NCBI GenBank assembly: GCA_945878585.1 | Contig: CAMDXQ010000001.1 | Location: 11,597 to 75,596, forward strand | Reading direction: 5' to 3' | From: Akkermansia muciniphila | GTDB taxonomy: Bacteria > Verrucomicrobiota > Verrucomicrobiia > Methylacidiphilales > Verrucolacustridaceae | DNA length: 64,000 nt | Shown: piece by piece, positions 18,380 through 29,068 of the stretch | Position numbering within the stretch: the first letter of the stretch is position 1 | Layout: each line of letters starts with the position of its first letter | Translations under genes and position numbers: made by a program | The notes under the pieces: generated by a model | What the model was told of the DNA's origin: nothing | What the model saw: the letters and a program-made list of their open reading frames with translations, nothing else | The model's database searches: none

Positions 18380-18928
18380 TTAGGCCGACTTGCTTTGTGC
18401 TGTCTTGCCCTCCTTGCGTCGGATTGCTTCGCCGGAATAACGAACCCCTTTTCCCTTATAAGGCTCGGGCGGATGATAACCGCGGATATCTGCACAAACA
18501 GCACCGACCAGCTGCTTGTCAGAACCTTCCACCAGCAAACGCGTGTTGTCTGTGACCGTTACCTTGATTTCAGCAGGCAACGGATATTCGATCGGATGAG
18601 ACTTCCCCAAGTTCAGGACAAGTTTCTTTCCTTGGACATTCGCTTTGAATCCGACCCCGTGAATTTCAAGATTCTTGCTGTACCCAACGCTGACCCCTGT
18701 CACCACATTTTGAACGAGACTCCGGGCCAGACCATGCATCGATCGGGCCGTCCGCTCTTCGGTGTCCCTCGTAAGTTGGATTTTTCCTGCATCAATCTTT
18801 GCGCTGATCATCGAAGGAAGATCCAAGCCAAGCTTCCCTTTCGGGCCTTCGGCCTTTAGACGCTTTCCTTCCACAGCCACTTTCACATTGGCCGGAACGA
18901 GAACAGGTTGATTGCCTACGCGCGACAT
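18380..18928 (-). CDS. rplF: 50S ribosomal protein L6
   Basis: MSRVGNQPV, PEPYKGKGVRY. Confidence 0.98.
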   Translation of the reverse strand: MSRVGNQPVLVPANVKVAVEGKRLKAEGPKGKLGLDLPSMISAKIDAGKIQLTRDTEERTARSMHGLARSLVQNVVTGVSVGYSKNLEIHGVGFKANVQGKKLVLNLGKSHPIEYPLPAEIKVTVTDNTRLLVEGSDKQLVGAVCADIRGYHPPEPYKGKGVRYSGEAIRRKEGKTAQSKSA

Positions 18929-18929
18929 A

Positions 18930-19328
18930 TTACCAAACCACGAGGAGCAACTCCCCGCCTACGTTTTGCTTCTTTGCATCTTCCCCGGAAAGCACGCCCC
19001 GAGGAGTGGATAAAATGGAAACTCCCAAACCACCCAGATATTTCGGGATCTCTTTCGCTCCCACATATCGTCGCAGACCGGGCTTGGATAGTCGACGGAT
19101 GCAAGTAATCGCCTTTCCATTGCGGACACTGCCCGTCTTCATCGCGATATGAAAATCGGTGTGCGCCCCGTTCTTCTTGAGCTCGAAATCTTCAATAAAC
19201 CCTTCCTTCTTCAAAATCGCCAGGACGCTACCACGCATTTTGGAATGCTTGGCCTTTACCGTTTTCAGTCCAGCGGTAGACGCGTTTCGGATCTGCGTGA
19301 GAAAATCAGCTAAGGGATCAGTTACCAT
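18930..19328 (-). CDS. rpsH: 30S ribosomal protein S8
   Basis: DPLADFLTQIRNA, SKPGLRRY, GGELL. Confidence 0.98.
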   Translation of the reverse strand: MVTDPLADFLTQIRNASTAGLKTVKAKHSKMRGSVLAILKKEGFIEDFELKKNGAHTDFHIAMKTGSVRNGKAITCIRRLSKPGLRRYVGAKEIPKYLGGLGVSILSTPRGVLSGEDAKKQNVGGELLLVVW

Positions 19329-19332
19329 AAAA

Positions 19333-19518
19333 CTACCAGCTCGCTTTCGTTACACCGGGGATCTCCCCACGGAGGGCCATTTCCCGGAATTGGATACGGC
19401 TCACCCCAAAACGACGAATATAGCTGCGCCGCCGCCCGGTAATCGAACACCGGTTATATTTCCGGGTCGAAAACTTGGGGGTTTTTTTCTGTTTAAGCCG
19501 CCAGCACTTCTTGGCCAT
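19333..19518 (-). CDS. rpsN: 30S ribosomal protein S14 (short 61-aa form lacking three Zn-ligand Cys)
   Basis: NRCSITGR...[21 protein letters not shown]. Confidence 0.97.
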   Translation of the reverse strand: MAKKCWRLKQKKTPKFSTRKYNRCSITGRRRSYIRRFGVSRIQFREMALRGEIPGVTKASW

Positions 19519-20101
19519 CTGTCTTCTCCTTATTGCCGGTCTTGGCGGCGTCTTGGGTTCGAACGATAAAAGGCATGCCCATCAAAACCAGCATCTCCCG
19601 GGTTTCTTCACGATCCTTACCTGAAGTCACAAACGTCACATCGAATCCAAGATTCCGTTTCACGCGATCAATCTCGATCTCCGGGAAAATCGAATGATCT
19701 TTGACTCCCAAAGTATAAGCGCCACGACCATCAAATCCACCATTCGGAATTCCGCGAAAATCACGGATTCTAGGGAGCGCGGCGCGGATAAATCTGAGCA
19801 GGAAATCATACATAATTTTACCGCGGAGGGTCACCTTGCAACCGATCTCCTGATTCAATCTCAAATTGAAGTTCGAAATACTCTTTTTGGATTTCGTCTT
19901 AATCGGCTTCTGGCCTGTGATCATGGTGAGATCATGGACTGCATCCTCCAGCGCCACCTTGATGTCGGTTACGGAGCCAACGGAACAGTTGAGAACAATC
20001 TTCTCCAACTTCGGCACCTGATGGCCATTGGTGTAGCTGCGACTCTTCATCATCGCAGGAACAACGGTCTTCAGATAATGGACTTTGAGATCGTTTTCCA
20101 T
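19493..20101 (-). CDS. rplE: 50S ribosomal protein L5
   Basis: [25 protein letters not shown]; C-tail overlaps rpsN by 26 nt. Confidence 0.97.
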   Translation of the reverse strand: MENDLKVHYLKTVVPAMMKSRSYTNGHQVPKLEKIVLNCSVGSVTDIKVALEDAVHDLTMITGQKPIKTKSKKSISNFNLRLNQEIGCKVTLRGKIMYDFLLRFIRAALPRIRDFRGIPNGGFDGRGAYTLGVKDHSIFPEIEIDRVKRNLGFDVTFVTSGKDREETREMLVLMGMPFIVRTQDAAKTGNKEKTDGQEVLAA

Positions 20102-20104
20102 GGC

Positions 20105-20389
20105 TTATTTCTTGCCCTTCACTTCTTTTTTCTTCTTTTCCGCACGAGCGGCCTTCGGGCGATTCACCAACCGAAGGTTCGAAATATGAATTGTACCTTC
20201 CCGCTCCATTACCCCGCCTTTTGGGTTGTCCTGGGTGGGGCGGATATGACGCTTGATCATGTTGACCCCTTCAATCAAAGCCCGGAAAGAATCTGTTTTC
20301 ACTTCGAGGATCTTGCCCTTACGACCCTTTTGGGATCCGCTGATCACCTCAACCTCATCTCCTTTGTGAACATGGAATCGATTCATCAT
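20105..20389 (-). CDS. rplX: 50S ribosomal protein L24
   Basis: KGDEVEVISG..KG, IEGVNMIKRH, IHISNL; start 20389 or 20386. Confidence 0.96.
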   Translation of the reverse strand: MMNRFHVHKGDEVEVISGSQKGRKGKILEVKTDSFRALIEGVNMIKRHIRPTQDNPKGGVMEREGTIHISNLRLVNRPKAARAEKKKKEVKGKK

Positions 20390-20396
20390 AAAATCC

Positions 20397-20762
20397 TTAA
20401 AGCACCTCCGGCGCCAGTGAAACAATCTTCATGAAATTCTTTTCACGCAATTCGCGTGCGACGGGACCAAAAATACGAGTTCCACGGGGATTCGAATCCT
20501 TGTCGATAATAACTGCCGCGTTGCTGTCGAAGCGAAGATAAGACCCATCGCTGCGGCGAATAGGATATTTGGTGCGAACAATCACTGCGCGGACCACCTC
20601 ACTCTTTTTGACAGTGCCGTCCGGAGCTGCCTCTTTCACGTTCGCCGTCACGATATCGCCAATTTTGGCGATCAAAGTCTTCCGACCGATCACACCAATC
20701 ATCGTGGCCTTACGGGCACCCGTATTGTCAGCAATATTCAACCAGGAACGAATTTGGATCAT
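20397..20762 (-). CDS. rplN: 50S ribosomal protein L14
   Basis: [26 protein letters not shown]. Confidence 0.99.
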   Translation of the reverse strand: MIQIRSWLNIADNTGARKATMIGVIGRKTLIAKIGDIVTANVKEAAPDGTVKKSEVVRAVIVRTKYPIRRSDGSYLRFDSNAAVIIDKDSNPRGTRIFGPVARELREKNFMKIVSLAPEVL

Positions 20763-21049
20763 ACAGCAGCCTCCAGTGGAGCTTCGGCCTGTTTAACCAC
20801 TTCCACCAAACGCCATCTTTTCAAGCGACTCAGCGGACGACACTCGATAATTCTCACTGTGTCTCCCTCTTTCGCCTTTTTCTCCTCATCATGGGCGTAA
20901 AACTTTTTCTGGAGTCGGATGATCTTTTTGTACTTCGGATGAGGCATCCGTCGTTCCACTCTCACCACGATAGTTTTCTCCATCTTGGCTGAGACGACTT
21001 CTCCAACGCGCTCCTTGAGTACGCTCGTTTTCTGGGGAGTATCGCTCAT
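20759..21049 (-). CDS. rpsQ: 30S ribosomal protein S17
   Basis: [28 protein letters not shown]. Confidence 0.98.
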   Translation of the reverse strand: MSDTPQKTSVLKERVGEVVSAKMEKTIVVRVERRMPHPKYKKIIRLQKKFYAHDEEKKAKEGDTVRIIECRPLSRLKRWRLVEVVKQAEAPLEAAV

Positions 21050-21258
21050 GACTTACCTTTCGTCGCCGCGGTCAGGCGGGACTCGGAACGAGCGGTTTCG
21101 ATCCGCGCGATTGTTTTACGTATCTCACGAAGGCGGCTCGGTTTTTCAACCTGTCCCACCTGCTGCTGGATACGAAGCTGGAACCGCTCCCGGCGAAGTT
21201 CTTCCGCCTTGCGATCCAACTCAGCGGGCTTGAGCCCACGAAATTCTTCAATCTTCAA
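21046..21258 (-). CDS. rpmC: 50S ribosomal protein L29
   Basis: [25 protein letters not shown]; probable TTG start overlapping the rplP stop. Confidence 0.93.
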   Translation of the reverse strand: MKIEEFRGLKPAELDRKAEELRRERFQLRIQQQVGQVEKPSRLREIRKTIARIETARSESRLTAATKGKS

Positions 21259-21680
21259 AATACTAACTTCCTTTCTCGGGTAATGAAACGAGTGGCCATC
21301 GGCAATTTGCTGGCGGCCAGTCTGAAACACTCCTTCGCGTCGGCCTCCAATAGACCGTCGAGCTCAAAAAGGATAGTGCCTGGCTTAATAACTGCCACCC
21401 AAAACTCAGGCTGCCCTTTTCCCTTACCCATCCGCGTTTCTGGGGGGCGAGCCGTGACCGATTTGTCCGGGAAGATCCGAATCCACAATTTTCCCTTACG
21501 ATTCATATTTCGGGTCAATGCCACACGAGCGGCTTCAATCTGAATATTCGTCAGCCAGCAACGGTCGAGGGACTGCAACCCAAAAGACCCGAAGGCGAGG
21601 GTAATACAGCGGGTGGCAAAGCCTTTACGACTTCCCCTCTGTGTTTTCCTGAATTTAACGCGTTTTGGTACAAGTGCCAT
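21255..21680 (-). CDS. rplP: 50S ribosomal protein L16
   Basis: [28 protein letters not shown]. Confidence 0.99.
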   Translation of the reverse strand: MALVPKRVKFRKTQRGSRKGFATRCITLAFGSFGLQSLDRCWLTNIQIEAARVALTRNMNRKGKLWIRIFPDKSVTARPPETRMGKGKGQPEFWVAVIKPGTILFELDGLLEADAKECFRLAASKLPMATRFITRERKLVF

Positions 21681-21697
21681 AGTTGATCAACAGCCGA

Positions 21698-22330
21698 TTA
21701 GGCCGAATCCTCCGGTAAACAAATCCATACTTTGACACCGATCTTTCCAGCAACGGTGTGAGCCTCCGCAAAACCGTAGTCAATGTTGGCACGCAACGTG
21801 TGCAAGGGGACTTTCCCTTCGTGATATTGCTCGGTCCGGGCAATTTCAGCTCCACCCAAGCGACCTCCAACACGAACCTTCACTCCGGCTGCACCGAAAT
21901 CCAAAGTTGTCTGTAACGCTTTTTTCATGGCTCGTCGGAATGAAACGCGTCGTTCCAACTGAAGAGCAATATTTTCAGCCACAAGCTGGGCATCCAACTC
22001 GGGATTCTTGATCTCCTTCACATCGATCAGCAATTCTCGGTTCGGAGTCAGGGCCTGAGTGTCTTCCCGCAACTTATCCAATTCACTGGCTTTCCGCCCG
22101 ATGACCAAACCAGGTCGCGCCGTATGTAGAGTCACCCGCACACGGTTCGAGGCCCGTTCGATCACGACTTTCGAAATAGCTGCACTTTCCAGACGCTTCT
22201 TGATGAACGCCCGAATTTGAAAATCTTCGTGTAAGAAAATAGGGAAGTTCTTCTTATTAGCGTACCAGACCGAGCTCCAGTTGCGCCGGAGCGGTAAGCG
22301 AAATCCCGTTGGATGCGTCTTTTGTCCCAT
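21698..22330 (-). CDS. rpsC: 30S ribosomal protein S3
   Basis: [33 protein letters not shown]. Confidence 0.99.
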   Translation of the reverse strand: MGQKTHPTGFRLPLRRNWSSVWYANKKNFPIFLHEDFQIRAFIKKRLESAAISKVVIERASNRVRVTLHTARPGLVIGRKASELDKLREDTQALTPNRELLIDVKEIKNPELDAQLVAENIALQLERRVSFRRAMKKALQTTLDFGAAGVKVRVGGRLGGAEIARTEQYHEGKVPLHTLRANIDYGFAEAHTVAGKIGVKVWICLPEDSA

Positions 22331-22336
22331 AACGTT

Positions 22337-22753
22337 CTATGCCTTTGACGCGGCTTTCGCCTTCGTCCCTTTCTTTTCTTTCTTCACTGGATTCGCCTGT
22401 TCCTCCGACATCTCCTTTAAGGTGATGCGGATGTGGCTTGTCCGTTTACGAATCGGACCTGCGCTTCCCCGTGCTTTCGGCTGGAAGCGGTGAAAAGTAG
22501 ATCCTTCCCCTACCATGACTTCATGAACCAGAAGTTTGTCGGCAGGAATTGAGTGGTTGTTTTCCCCGTTCGCAACAGCCGAGCGGAGAGTCTGCAAAAG
22601 GAGTCGTGCTGATTTCTGCGGAGCAAAGCTGAGACGGGCATCGGCTTCCTTGACCGACAAGCCCCGCATCGCCCGAGCGATGTCACGAATTTTAAACGCC
22701 GACATCCGGGCATATTTCATTTCGGCTCGCGCCGTGCGATTTTCATTACTCAT
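22337..22753 (-). CDS. rplV: 50S ribosomal protein L22
   Basis: RMSAFK, SAVANGENN, ARGSAGPIRKRTSHI; start placed at ATG 22753. Confidence 0.96.
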   Translation of the reverse strand: MSNENRTARAEMKYARMSAFKIRDIARAMRGLSVKEADARLSFAPQKSARLLLQTLRSAVANGENNHSIPADKLLVHEVMVGEGSTFHRFQPKARGSAGPIRKRTSHIRITLKEMSEEQANPVKKEKKGTKAKAASKA

Positions 22754-23394
22754 TTTTTTGCCAAGACCGCAACGCGGTCCCCTACTTGAATTTGAACGCC
22801 CTCTGCCAACTCCTCGGGCAGACCAGCGGAAACCAATTCTCTCACTTCCAGTAAACGGCAACTTCCTAAAACCTTGTCTCCCCGAAGAATCCGGAACGGC
22901 ATTCCTTCCTTGGCACCCTGCCGTAAGCCTAAATTCAACACGAGAGACTGTTGCTCCCGATCTACCGCCACCACTTGTGCATCGCTCAGGCCAGATGCCA
23001 TCGGGCGAGGTAGATTTCTTTTTTCCAATTCGCTCCATCCACGCTTGGCCGATTCAAATTCCGCACGAGCTGTAGCTTTCTTTGCCGGCAGGGATTCTCC
23101 AGCCCAATTGGCGGCAGCTACGATCACCCGATTCATCTGCTCAGTAATTTCCTTGGCAAAACGCTCGGCACGAATCAATTCGCCGGAGAGACGGGCCACT
23201 TGCTCGTGACTATCCCGAACATCATTGCTCAAGGTTGCCACTCCAAGAACCTCGTCTCTGTGCTTCAAATCGAGCCAAGCCGCGCGGTACGCCTGGGCTT
23301 CCGCTTGAGCCATAAGAAGCTCATCCGTACGGGATACGGGTGCAGCCTCAAGGGAGCTGCAAAAAACCGCAAGAATGAGCCATTTCGAATTCAT
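22750..23394 (-). CDS. Uncharacterised exported protein (signal peptide, coiled coil, FlgT-C-like beta-barrel) inserted between rpsS and rplV
   Basis: 214-aa ORF fills the gap exactly; TAATG overlap with rpsS and ATGA overlap with rplV; VVAVD..LVLNLG..QG.K.G..F.I.RG...IQVGDRV pattern. Confidence 0.85.
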   Translation of the reverse strand: MNSKWLILAVFCSSLEAAPVSRTDELLMAQAEAQAYRAAWLDLKHRDEVLGVATLSNDVRDSHEQVARLSGELIRAERFAKEITEQMNRVIVAAANWAGESLPAKKATARAEFESAKRGWSELEKRNLPRPMASGLSDAQVVAVDREQQSLVLNLGLRQGAKEGMPFRILRGDKVLGSCRLLEVRELVSAGLPEELAEGVQIQVGDRVAVLAKK

Positions 23395-23669
23395 TATTTG
23401 GTCACCTTCTCGGTGTGCCCACCGTGCTTCTTAAAGACCCGAGTCGGGGAAAATTCACCCAAACGATGACCCACCATGTTTTCCGTTACGAACACAGGGT
23501 TGAATGCTTTTCCGTTATGAACCAAGAAAGTATGACCCACAAATTCAGGGGAAATCATTGAGCGTCGTGACCACGTTTTGATCGGTTTTTTTGCTCCCGA
23601 TCCGATCTTCTGGACTTTGACCAGAAGATGATCATCGATAAAGGCACCCTTTTTTAAACTCCTACTCAT
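23394..23669 (-). CDS. rpsS: 30S ribosomal protein S19
   Basis: [28 protein letters not shown]. Confidence 0.99.
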   Translation of the reverse strand: MSRSLKKGAFIDDHLLVKVQKIGSGAKKPIKTWSRRSMISPEFVGHTFLVHNGKAFNPVFVTENMVGHRLGEFSPTRVFKKHGGHTEKVTK

Positions 23670-24517
23670 CAGGCTCTCTTCTTTCTCCGGTCCTCAACAA
23701 TAAACCGGTTCGATGTCTTGTGACGGTGACGAGTCTTCAGACCCTTTGCTAATTGGCCCCAAGGAGAAACAGGATGCTGACGTCCCCCACCCCCCTTGCT
23801 CTTTCCCTGACCTCCACCCATCGGATGATCCACAGGATTCATCACCATTCCGCGGGTGTGTGGGCGACGACCCAGCCAACGACCTCTCCCCGCTTTTCCT
23901 AAGCTGACCTTTTCGTGGGCGACGTTGCCAACCTGACCAACAGTCGCATAGCAATCTGCGTGCAGCCTCCGCAACTCACCGGAAGGAAGGCGAACAAGGG
24001 CATAATCCTTGTCGATCGCCGTACAAATCGCTGCAGCTCCAGCCGAACGCACCATCTGCGCCCCGCGTCCGGGAACCATTTCAATATTATGCAAAGGCAA
24101 GCCCTGAGGGATAACCCGCAACGGAAGGGCATTTCCCACTTCGGCAGGAACATTGGGTCCGGTCGAAACCGTTCCGCCCACCTTCAATCCTTCGGGAGCC
24201 AAAATATAAGCTTTTTCCTTTGATCCGTAATCGATGAGGGCGATGCGGGCCGAACGGTTTGGATCATATTGAATCCCGATCACTTTTCCGGCCTTTGTCC
24301 TCTTACGACGATTCCACTCAATGATTCGAAACTGTTTCTTATGTCCACCACCGCGATGGCGAGAAGTGGTGCGACCATGAGCATTCCGTCCGCCCGTGCG
24401 ACGTTTGATCTCCATCAAGCTTCTCTCCGGCGCTGAGCCCGGGGTCAATTCAGAGAAATCATGAAGTTGCGTAAATCGCAACGATGGTGTCAAAGGACGA
24501 AATTCTTTAAGGGCCAT
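23669..24517 (-). CDS. rplB: 50S ribosomal protein L2
   Basis: [30 protein letters not shown]. Confidence 0.99.
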   Translation of the reverse strand: MALKEFRPLTPSLRFTQLHDFSELTPGSAPERSLMEIKRRTGGRNAHGRTTSRHRGGGHKKQFRIIEWNRRKRTKAGKVIGIQYDPNRSARIALIDYGSKEKAYILAPEGLKVGGTVSTGPNVPAEVGNALPLRVIPQGLPLHNIEMVPGRGAQMVRSAGAAAICTAIDKDYALVRLPSGELRRLHADCYATVGQVGNVAHEKVSLGKAGRGRWLGRRPHTRGMVMNPVDHPMGGGQGKSKGGGGRQHPVSPWGQLAKGLKTRHRHKTSNRFIVEDRRKKRA

Positions 24518-24528
24518 GGTCGTGGTTC

Positions 24529-24813
24529 CTAGGCGAGCTCGATCTTCTGACCTTCGGCCAGAGTGATGATAGCTCGTTTGCTGTGGTTGGTGCGGCCGGG
24601 CTCACCACGGCGAGAACGCCTGGATTTACCGGCCCGTCGCATGGTGTTTACCCGAAGAACTTTTTTACCGAAAAGTGCGGTGATCGCCTGACGGATTTCA
24701 AGCTTGGTGGCATCAGGAGCCACCTCGAAAAGGTACTGATTGTGAGCTGTGGCCAGTCGGCTGCCCTTTTCGGAAATCCGCGGACGATAAATCACTTCAG
24801 TCGGCTGTCTCAT
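24529..24813 (-). CDS. rplW: 50S ribosomal protein L23
   Basis: PRISEK, ATKLEIRQAI, VNT, KRAIITL. Confidence 0.96.
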   Translation of the reverse strand: MRQPTEVIYRPRISEKGSRLATAHNQYLFEVAPDATKLEIRQAITALFGKKVLRVNTMRRAGKSRRSRRGEPGRTNHSKRAIITLAEGQKIELA

Positions 24814-25451
24814 GATGCTTGCCCTTCTTTCGCCTTAACGTTCAGGCGGGTTCCGAGCTCTTTCCAAGCCTCTTCAGAAACCCAAACCATCCGACGACGA
24901 AGGAGATCTTCCGCATTTACTTCCCGAGCCGGCCGAACGTCCACTTCGCTTAGGTTGTTGGCGGCGCGCAAAAGGGTTGCTTCAGGTTTACCCAAAATCA
25001 AAAGCACGGAGAGCGGAAGTCCCGCATCTTTCAACCAAGCGATCAAATCTTTCGTTTTCGCTGCTTTCAATGCGGGCGCCGTACCACTGTGTAATTTACC
25101 CTGAGTCGCCAAATCACTAATGGCTCGCCGTAAGGCAGTTCTTAAAACGGTTTTAGGAATATCTTTACGGTAGCTTCGCGGATGAGGACCAAAGGCAACT
25201 CCTCCACCCCGCCACACTGGGGAAGCTTTATATCCAGCACGGGCACGTCCTGTACCCTTCTGATTCCAAGGTTTCGCTCCGGACAAATCCACAGTCCCCT
25301 TTGTCTTCGTTGAATGGGTGCCCGAGCGGCGTGCTGCGCGATAGGCCGTCACAGCTTCATGCAAGGCCTGACTCGCCCTACGATTCTTGAAGAGCTCAAC
25401 TCCCAAGGCTTTTTCAGCGGCACTTAAATTAATCGCTTTAGCTTGAGCCAT
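24810..25451 (-). CDS. rplD: 50S ribosomal protein L4
   Basis: KPWNQKGTGRARAG, WRGGGVAFGP. Confidence 0.98.
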   Translation of the reverse strand: MAQAKAINLSAAEKALGVELFKNRRASQALHEAVTAYRAARRSGTHSTKTKGTVDLSGAKPWNQKGTGRARAGYKASPVWRGGGVAFGPHPRSYRKDIPKTVLRTALRRAISDLATQGKLHSGTAPALKAAKTKDLIAWLKDAGLPLSVLLILGKPEATLLRAANNLSEVDVRPAREVNAEDLLRRRMVWVSEEAWKELGTRLNVKAKEGQAS

Positions 25452-25455
25452 AAAA

Positions 25456-26100
25456 TTACGCCTTTACCGCCACTTTTTTCGCGTCCCGAACAATCACCAC
25501 GCTACCGTTGGCACCCGGGATCGCACCGCGAACCAAAAGCAACTTCTCCCCTTCGCGGACCTGCATCACCTTCAGATTCTGAATCGTGCAGTTGTCCAAA
25601 CCGAGATGACCAGGCATCCCAGCATTCTTATAAACACGTCCCGGAGTCGAACGGCAACCGATCGCACCGTTTCGACGGTGAGTTGTCGAACCGTGAGCGT
25701 CTGCTTGGCCCGAAAAATTGTGCTTCCGCATGACCCCATGAAAGCCCTTCCCCTTGGAAAGGCCGTAAACATCGACGAGTTGTCCGGCTTTAAAACGGGT
25801 CACTGCAACTTCAGATCCAACAGCAAGATCAGCAGGAGCTGCACGGAACTGCCTCAAAAACAGAGGGTTCTTGCGGCCAGTCTTTTCAAAAGCAACCCGC
25901 TGGGGCTTATTTGTTCTGGAGGCCTTGCGCTCTCCCGTTCCTAAAACTACAGCTTTCACTCTGTTCTTCTCAGGAGTCCGCAACTCATAAACGGTGTTGG
26001 GCTCAGCTGAAATGACTGTCACTGCAGTAGCCAACCCCTGATCATCATAGATCCGGGTCATGCCCACTTTTTTCCCGATCATGCCAAAACGCTCAATCAT
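25456..26100 (-). CDS. rplC: 50S ribosomal protein L3
   Basis: GKKVGMT, SKGKGFHG, MPGHLG, GAIPG. Confidence 0.98.
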   Translation of the reverse strand: MIERFGMIGKKVGMTRIYDDQGLATAVTVISAEPNTVYELRTPEKNRVKAVVLGTGERKASRTNKPQRVAFEKTGRKNPLFLRQFRAAPADLAVGSEVAVTRFKAGQLVDVYGLSKGKGFHGVMRKHNFSGQADAHGSTTHRRNGAIGCRSTPGRVYKNAGMPGHLGLDNCTIQNLKVMQVREGEKLLLVRGAIPGANGSVVIVRDAKKVAVKA

Positions 26101-26115
26101 CTTCAGGTACTCCTA

Positions 26116-26424
26116 TTAAATCTTGATCGTGATATCCACCCCGGCTGGGAGGTTCAGTTTTTTAAGCTCGTCCACCGTTTTGCCGGATGGCTCGAGAATA
26201 TCCAAAAGCCGTTTGTGGGTGCGGATTTCAAATTGATCCATGCTCTTCTTGTCGCAATGAGGAGAGCGATTCACCGTATACCGCTCGATCTTCGTGGGAA
26301 GCGGGATGGGTCCAGCCACACGGGATCCAGTGCGGGAAGCGGTTTCGGAAATCTCCCCTGCTGCTTTGTCGAGCAAGCGGAAATCAAACGATTTAAGACG
26401 GATGCGGATTCTTGTGGTGGCCAT
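26116..26424 (-). CDS. rpsJ: 30S ribosomal protein S10
   Basis: [25 protein letters not shown]. Confidence 0.99.
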   Translation of the reverse strand: MATTRIRIRLKSFDFRLLDKAAGEISETASRTGSRVAGPIPLPTKIERYTVNRSPHCDKKSMDQFEIRTHKRLLDILEPSGKTVDELKKLNLPAGVDITIKI

Positions 26425-26427
26425 GGG

Positions 26428-28572
26428 TTAGCCTTTCTTTTGTTGGGTGACCTGTGCGAGAACGCTCGCTGGGACCTGTTCAAAGTGAGACGGCTCCATG
26501 GAGTAAGCCGCCCGGCCACGGGAAAGGGAACGAATCGTATTCACATAACCAAACATTTCCGCCAACGGCACTTCCGCCTTTACGACCGAGGTCAGATTTT
26601 TCGAGTCCACATTCATGATTTTTCCGCGACGACGATTGATATCGCCAAGGATATCTCCCTGGTACTCGTCTGGGGTCGAACACTCCACCGACATAATTGG
26701 CTCGAGCAGAATTGGTCCGGCTTTCTGCATAGCATCCTTGACGGCGAAAATAGCGGCCATTTTAAATGCAAGTTCGTTTGAATCCACCTCGTGATAAGAA
26801 CCGTCCATGATCTCGATCTTCATGTCGATCACAGGAGAGCCATGCAGAACGCCATTCAACAACGCCTCTTGCACACCCTTCTTTACCGCTGGGATGTACT
26901 CCTTCGGAATATTTCCGCCGGTCACCTTGTTGTCGACAACGATGCCCTTCCCGCGTTCTTGCGGTTCCACCTGCAAAATCACGTGTCCATACTGCCCACG
27001 ACCACCGGACTGCTTGATCAACTTGCCTTCGCCACCCGAGCTCTTCGTAATCGTCTCGCGGTAGGCAATCTGCGGTGCGCCCGAATTTGTCTCGACGCTA
27101 AACTCGCGCTTCAAGCGGTCGCAAATAATTTCCAAATGAAGCTCTCCCATCCCCTTGATGATGGTCTGACCAGTCTCTTCGTTGCTTTGCACTTGGAAGG
27201 TAGGATCCTCTTCGGATAGTCGCTGAAGGGCTTCGCCCATCTTTTCCCGGTCCCCCTTGGTTTTGGGTTCCACAGCCATCGAGATAACCGGCTCTGGGAA
27301 ACTCGGCGGTTCCAACGTGATCTCCAAATCTTCGTTCCGCAAGGTGTCCCCTGTCGCGATATCCTTCAACCCCACCGTCGCGGCAATATCACCTGCAAAT
27401 ACCGTATCGATATCTTCCCGCTTATCAGCTTGGATCTGGATCAGTCGGCTAACGCGCTCCCGTTTCCCAGTGCGTGAATTGTAAATGAACTCTCCCTTGC
27501 TCAACTTGCCTGCATAAACGCGGAAAAAGATCAACTTCCCTACGAAAGGATCGGTCCAAAGCTTGAACGCGAGGGAGCAGAACTTCTCATTATCATCCAC
27601 TTTCACAGGGATCCGTTCTTCGGGATTTTCGGTGCTGTGACCGACGGCAGGAGGAATATCAATCGGGCTCGGGAGATACTCAATGACTGCATCCACCAAC
27701 GATTGAACACCCTTGTTTTTGAAAGCCGATCCACCGACCACGGGAACGAATTTATTCGCACAGGTAACGCGACGAATTGCTTCCTTCAACTGCTTCGTCG
27801 TGGGCTTTTTTTCCTCAAGAAACATATTTCCGACCTCTTCATCCACATCGGCAATTGCCTCAATTAACTCATCCAGCCTCTTCTTCGCGATCTCCTTCCA
27901 GTCAGCAGGAATCTCTTCGATCTTGTAGGTCGACCCCAGATCCTTGCTGTCGGAATAAATAAGCGCCTTTTGGTTGATCACGTCGATCTGACCTTGGAGA
28001 TGATCTTCTTTCCCTAGTGGAATGAGAATCGGCCATGCATTCGCACCCAACTTCGTTTTCATTTCGGAAAGCGCTTTTTCGAAATCAGCTCCTGTCCGAT
28101 CCATTTTGTTCACGAAAGCAATCCGAGGCACCCCGTACTTGTTTGCCTGGCGCCAAACCGTTTCGCTCTGAGGCTGAACCCCAGCCACACCACAAAACAC
28201 GGCAATGGCTCCGTCCAAAACCCGAAGAGAACGTTCCACTTCGGCCGTGAAATCCACGTGTCCGGGAGTATCAATGATGTTGATTCGATTTTTCGTTTTT
28301 TCGAAAGACTTAACGAGACCAGCTTCTTCCTTCACAGGCCAAAAGCATGTCGTGGCGGCCGAAGTGATCGTGATCCCGCGCTCCCGCTCCTGCTCCATCC
28401 AATCGGTCACCGTCGTGCCTTCGTGTACTTCCCCCATCTTATGAATACTGCCCGTGTAGAACAAAACCCGTTCCGTCAACGTGGTTTTCCCCGCATCGAT
28501 GTGAGCACAGATCCCGATATTCCTTGTCCTCTCGAGAGAATAGCTCCGGGCAGAATTAACGGGGGCGGCCAT
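26428..28572 (-). CDS. fusA: Elongation factor G
   Basis: [34 protein letters not shown]. Confidence 0.99.
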   Translation of the reverse strand: MAAPVNSARSYSLERTRNIGICAHIDAGKTTLTERVLFYTGSIHKMGEVHEGTTVTDWMEQERERGITITSAATTCFWPVKEEAGLVKSFEKTKNRINIIDTPGHVDFTAEVERSLRVLDGAIAVFCGVAGVQPQSETVWRQANKYGVPRIAFVNKMDRTGADFEKALSEMKTKLGANAWPILIPLGKEDHLQGQIDVINQKALIYSDSKDLGSTYKIEEIPADWKEIAKKRLDELIEAIADVDEEVGNMFLEEKKPTTKQLKEAIRRVTCANKFVPVVGGSAFKNKGVQSLVDAVIEYLPSPIDIPPAVGHSTENPEERIPVKVDDNEKFCSLAFKLWTDPFVGKLIFFRVYAGKLSKGEFIYNSRTGKRERVSRLIQIQADKREDIDTVFAGDIAATVGLKDIATGDTLRNEDLEITLEPPSFPEPVISMAVEPKTKGDREKMGEALQRLSEEDPTFQVQSNEETGQTIIKGMGELHLEIICDRLKREFSVETNSGAPQIAYRETITKSSGGEGKLIKQSGGRGQYGHVILQVEPQERGKGIVVDNKVTGGNIPKEYIPAVKKGVQEALLNGVLHGSPVIDMKIEIMDGSYHEVDSNELAFKMAAIFAVKDAMQKAGPILLEPIMSVECSTPDEYQGDILGDINRRRGKIMNVDSKNLTSVVKAEVPLAEMFGYVNTIRSLSRGRAAYSMEPSHFEQVPASVLAQVTQQKKG

Positions 28573-28581
28573 AATCGTTCC

Positions 28582-29055
28582 TTACCAGCGCAAATGAGCA
28601 AAGGCGCGGTTGGCTTGCGCCATCCGATGCGTTTCATCCCGCTTTTTCACGGCATTGCCTTGTCCGGTTGCCGCATCACGAATCTCCTGAGCTAAAGCCT
28701 TTTCAAACGCGACCCCTTTGCGTTTATTTGCCAATTCAACGATCCAACGCAAGGCCAAGGACAGTTGCCGTTCTGGGGTGGTTTCCACAGGAACCTGATA
28801 AGTCGCCCCACCCACTCGACGAGATTTCACTTCCAAGCGAGGTTTTACATTTTCCACCGCCTTTTGCACAACGGCCAAAGGATCTCCGCCCGATCCCCCT
28901 TCATTCGCACGCTCAATCGCGTTGTAGACCAAGCGACTGGCTGTAGACAATTTCCCCTGTTTCAAGATGTATCCGATCATCCTTCCGACGAGAAGGCTCT
29001 CAAATACGGGGTCAGCAACAGTTTTGCGTGAAATATGGCGGCGACGACGGGACAT
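28582..29055 (-). CDS. rpsG: 30S ribosomal protein S7
   Basis: RRVGGATYQVP, MAQANRAFAH. Confidence 0.99.
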   Translation of the reverse strand: MSRRRRHISRKTVADPVFESLLVGRMIGYILKQGKLSTASRLVYNAIERANEGGSGGDPLAVVQKAVENVKPRLEVKSRRVGGATYQVPVETTPERQLSLALRWIVELANKRKGVAFEKALAQEIRDAATGQGNAVKKRDETHRMAQANRAFAHLRW

Positions 29056-29068
29056 GGTTCAGTTTCCT

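Noticed and set aside
22754-23038. Apparent 95-aa N-terminal extension of L22
   Set aside because: It is an alternative frame of the inserted 214-aa gene; L22 similarity starts at the ATGA-coupled ATG 22753
22750-23394. Insert interpreted as an IS element, intron or homing endonuclease
   Set aside because: No terminal repeats, target duplication, or DDE/HNH/LAGLIDADG/RT motifs seen; it has a signal-peptide-like start
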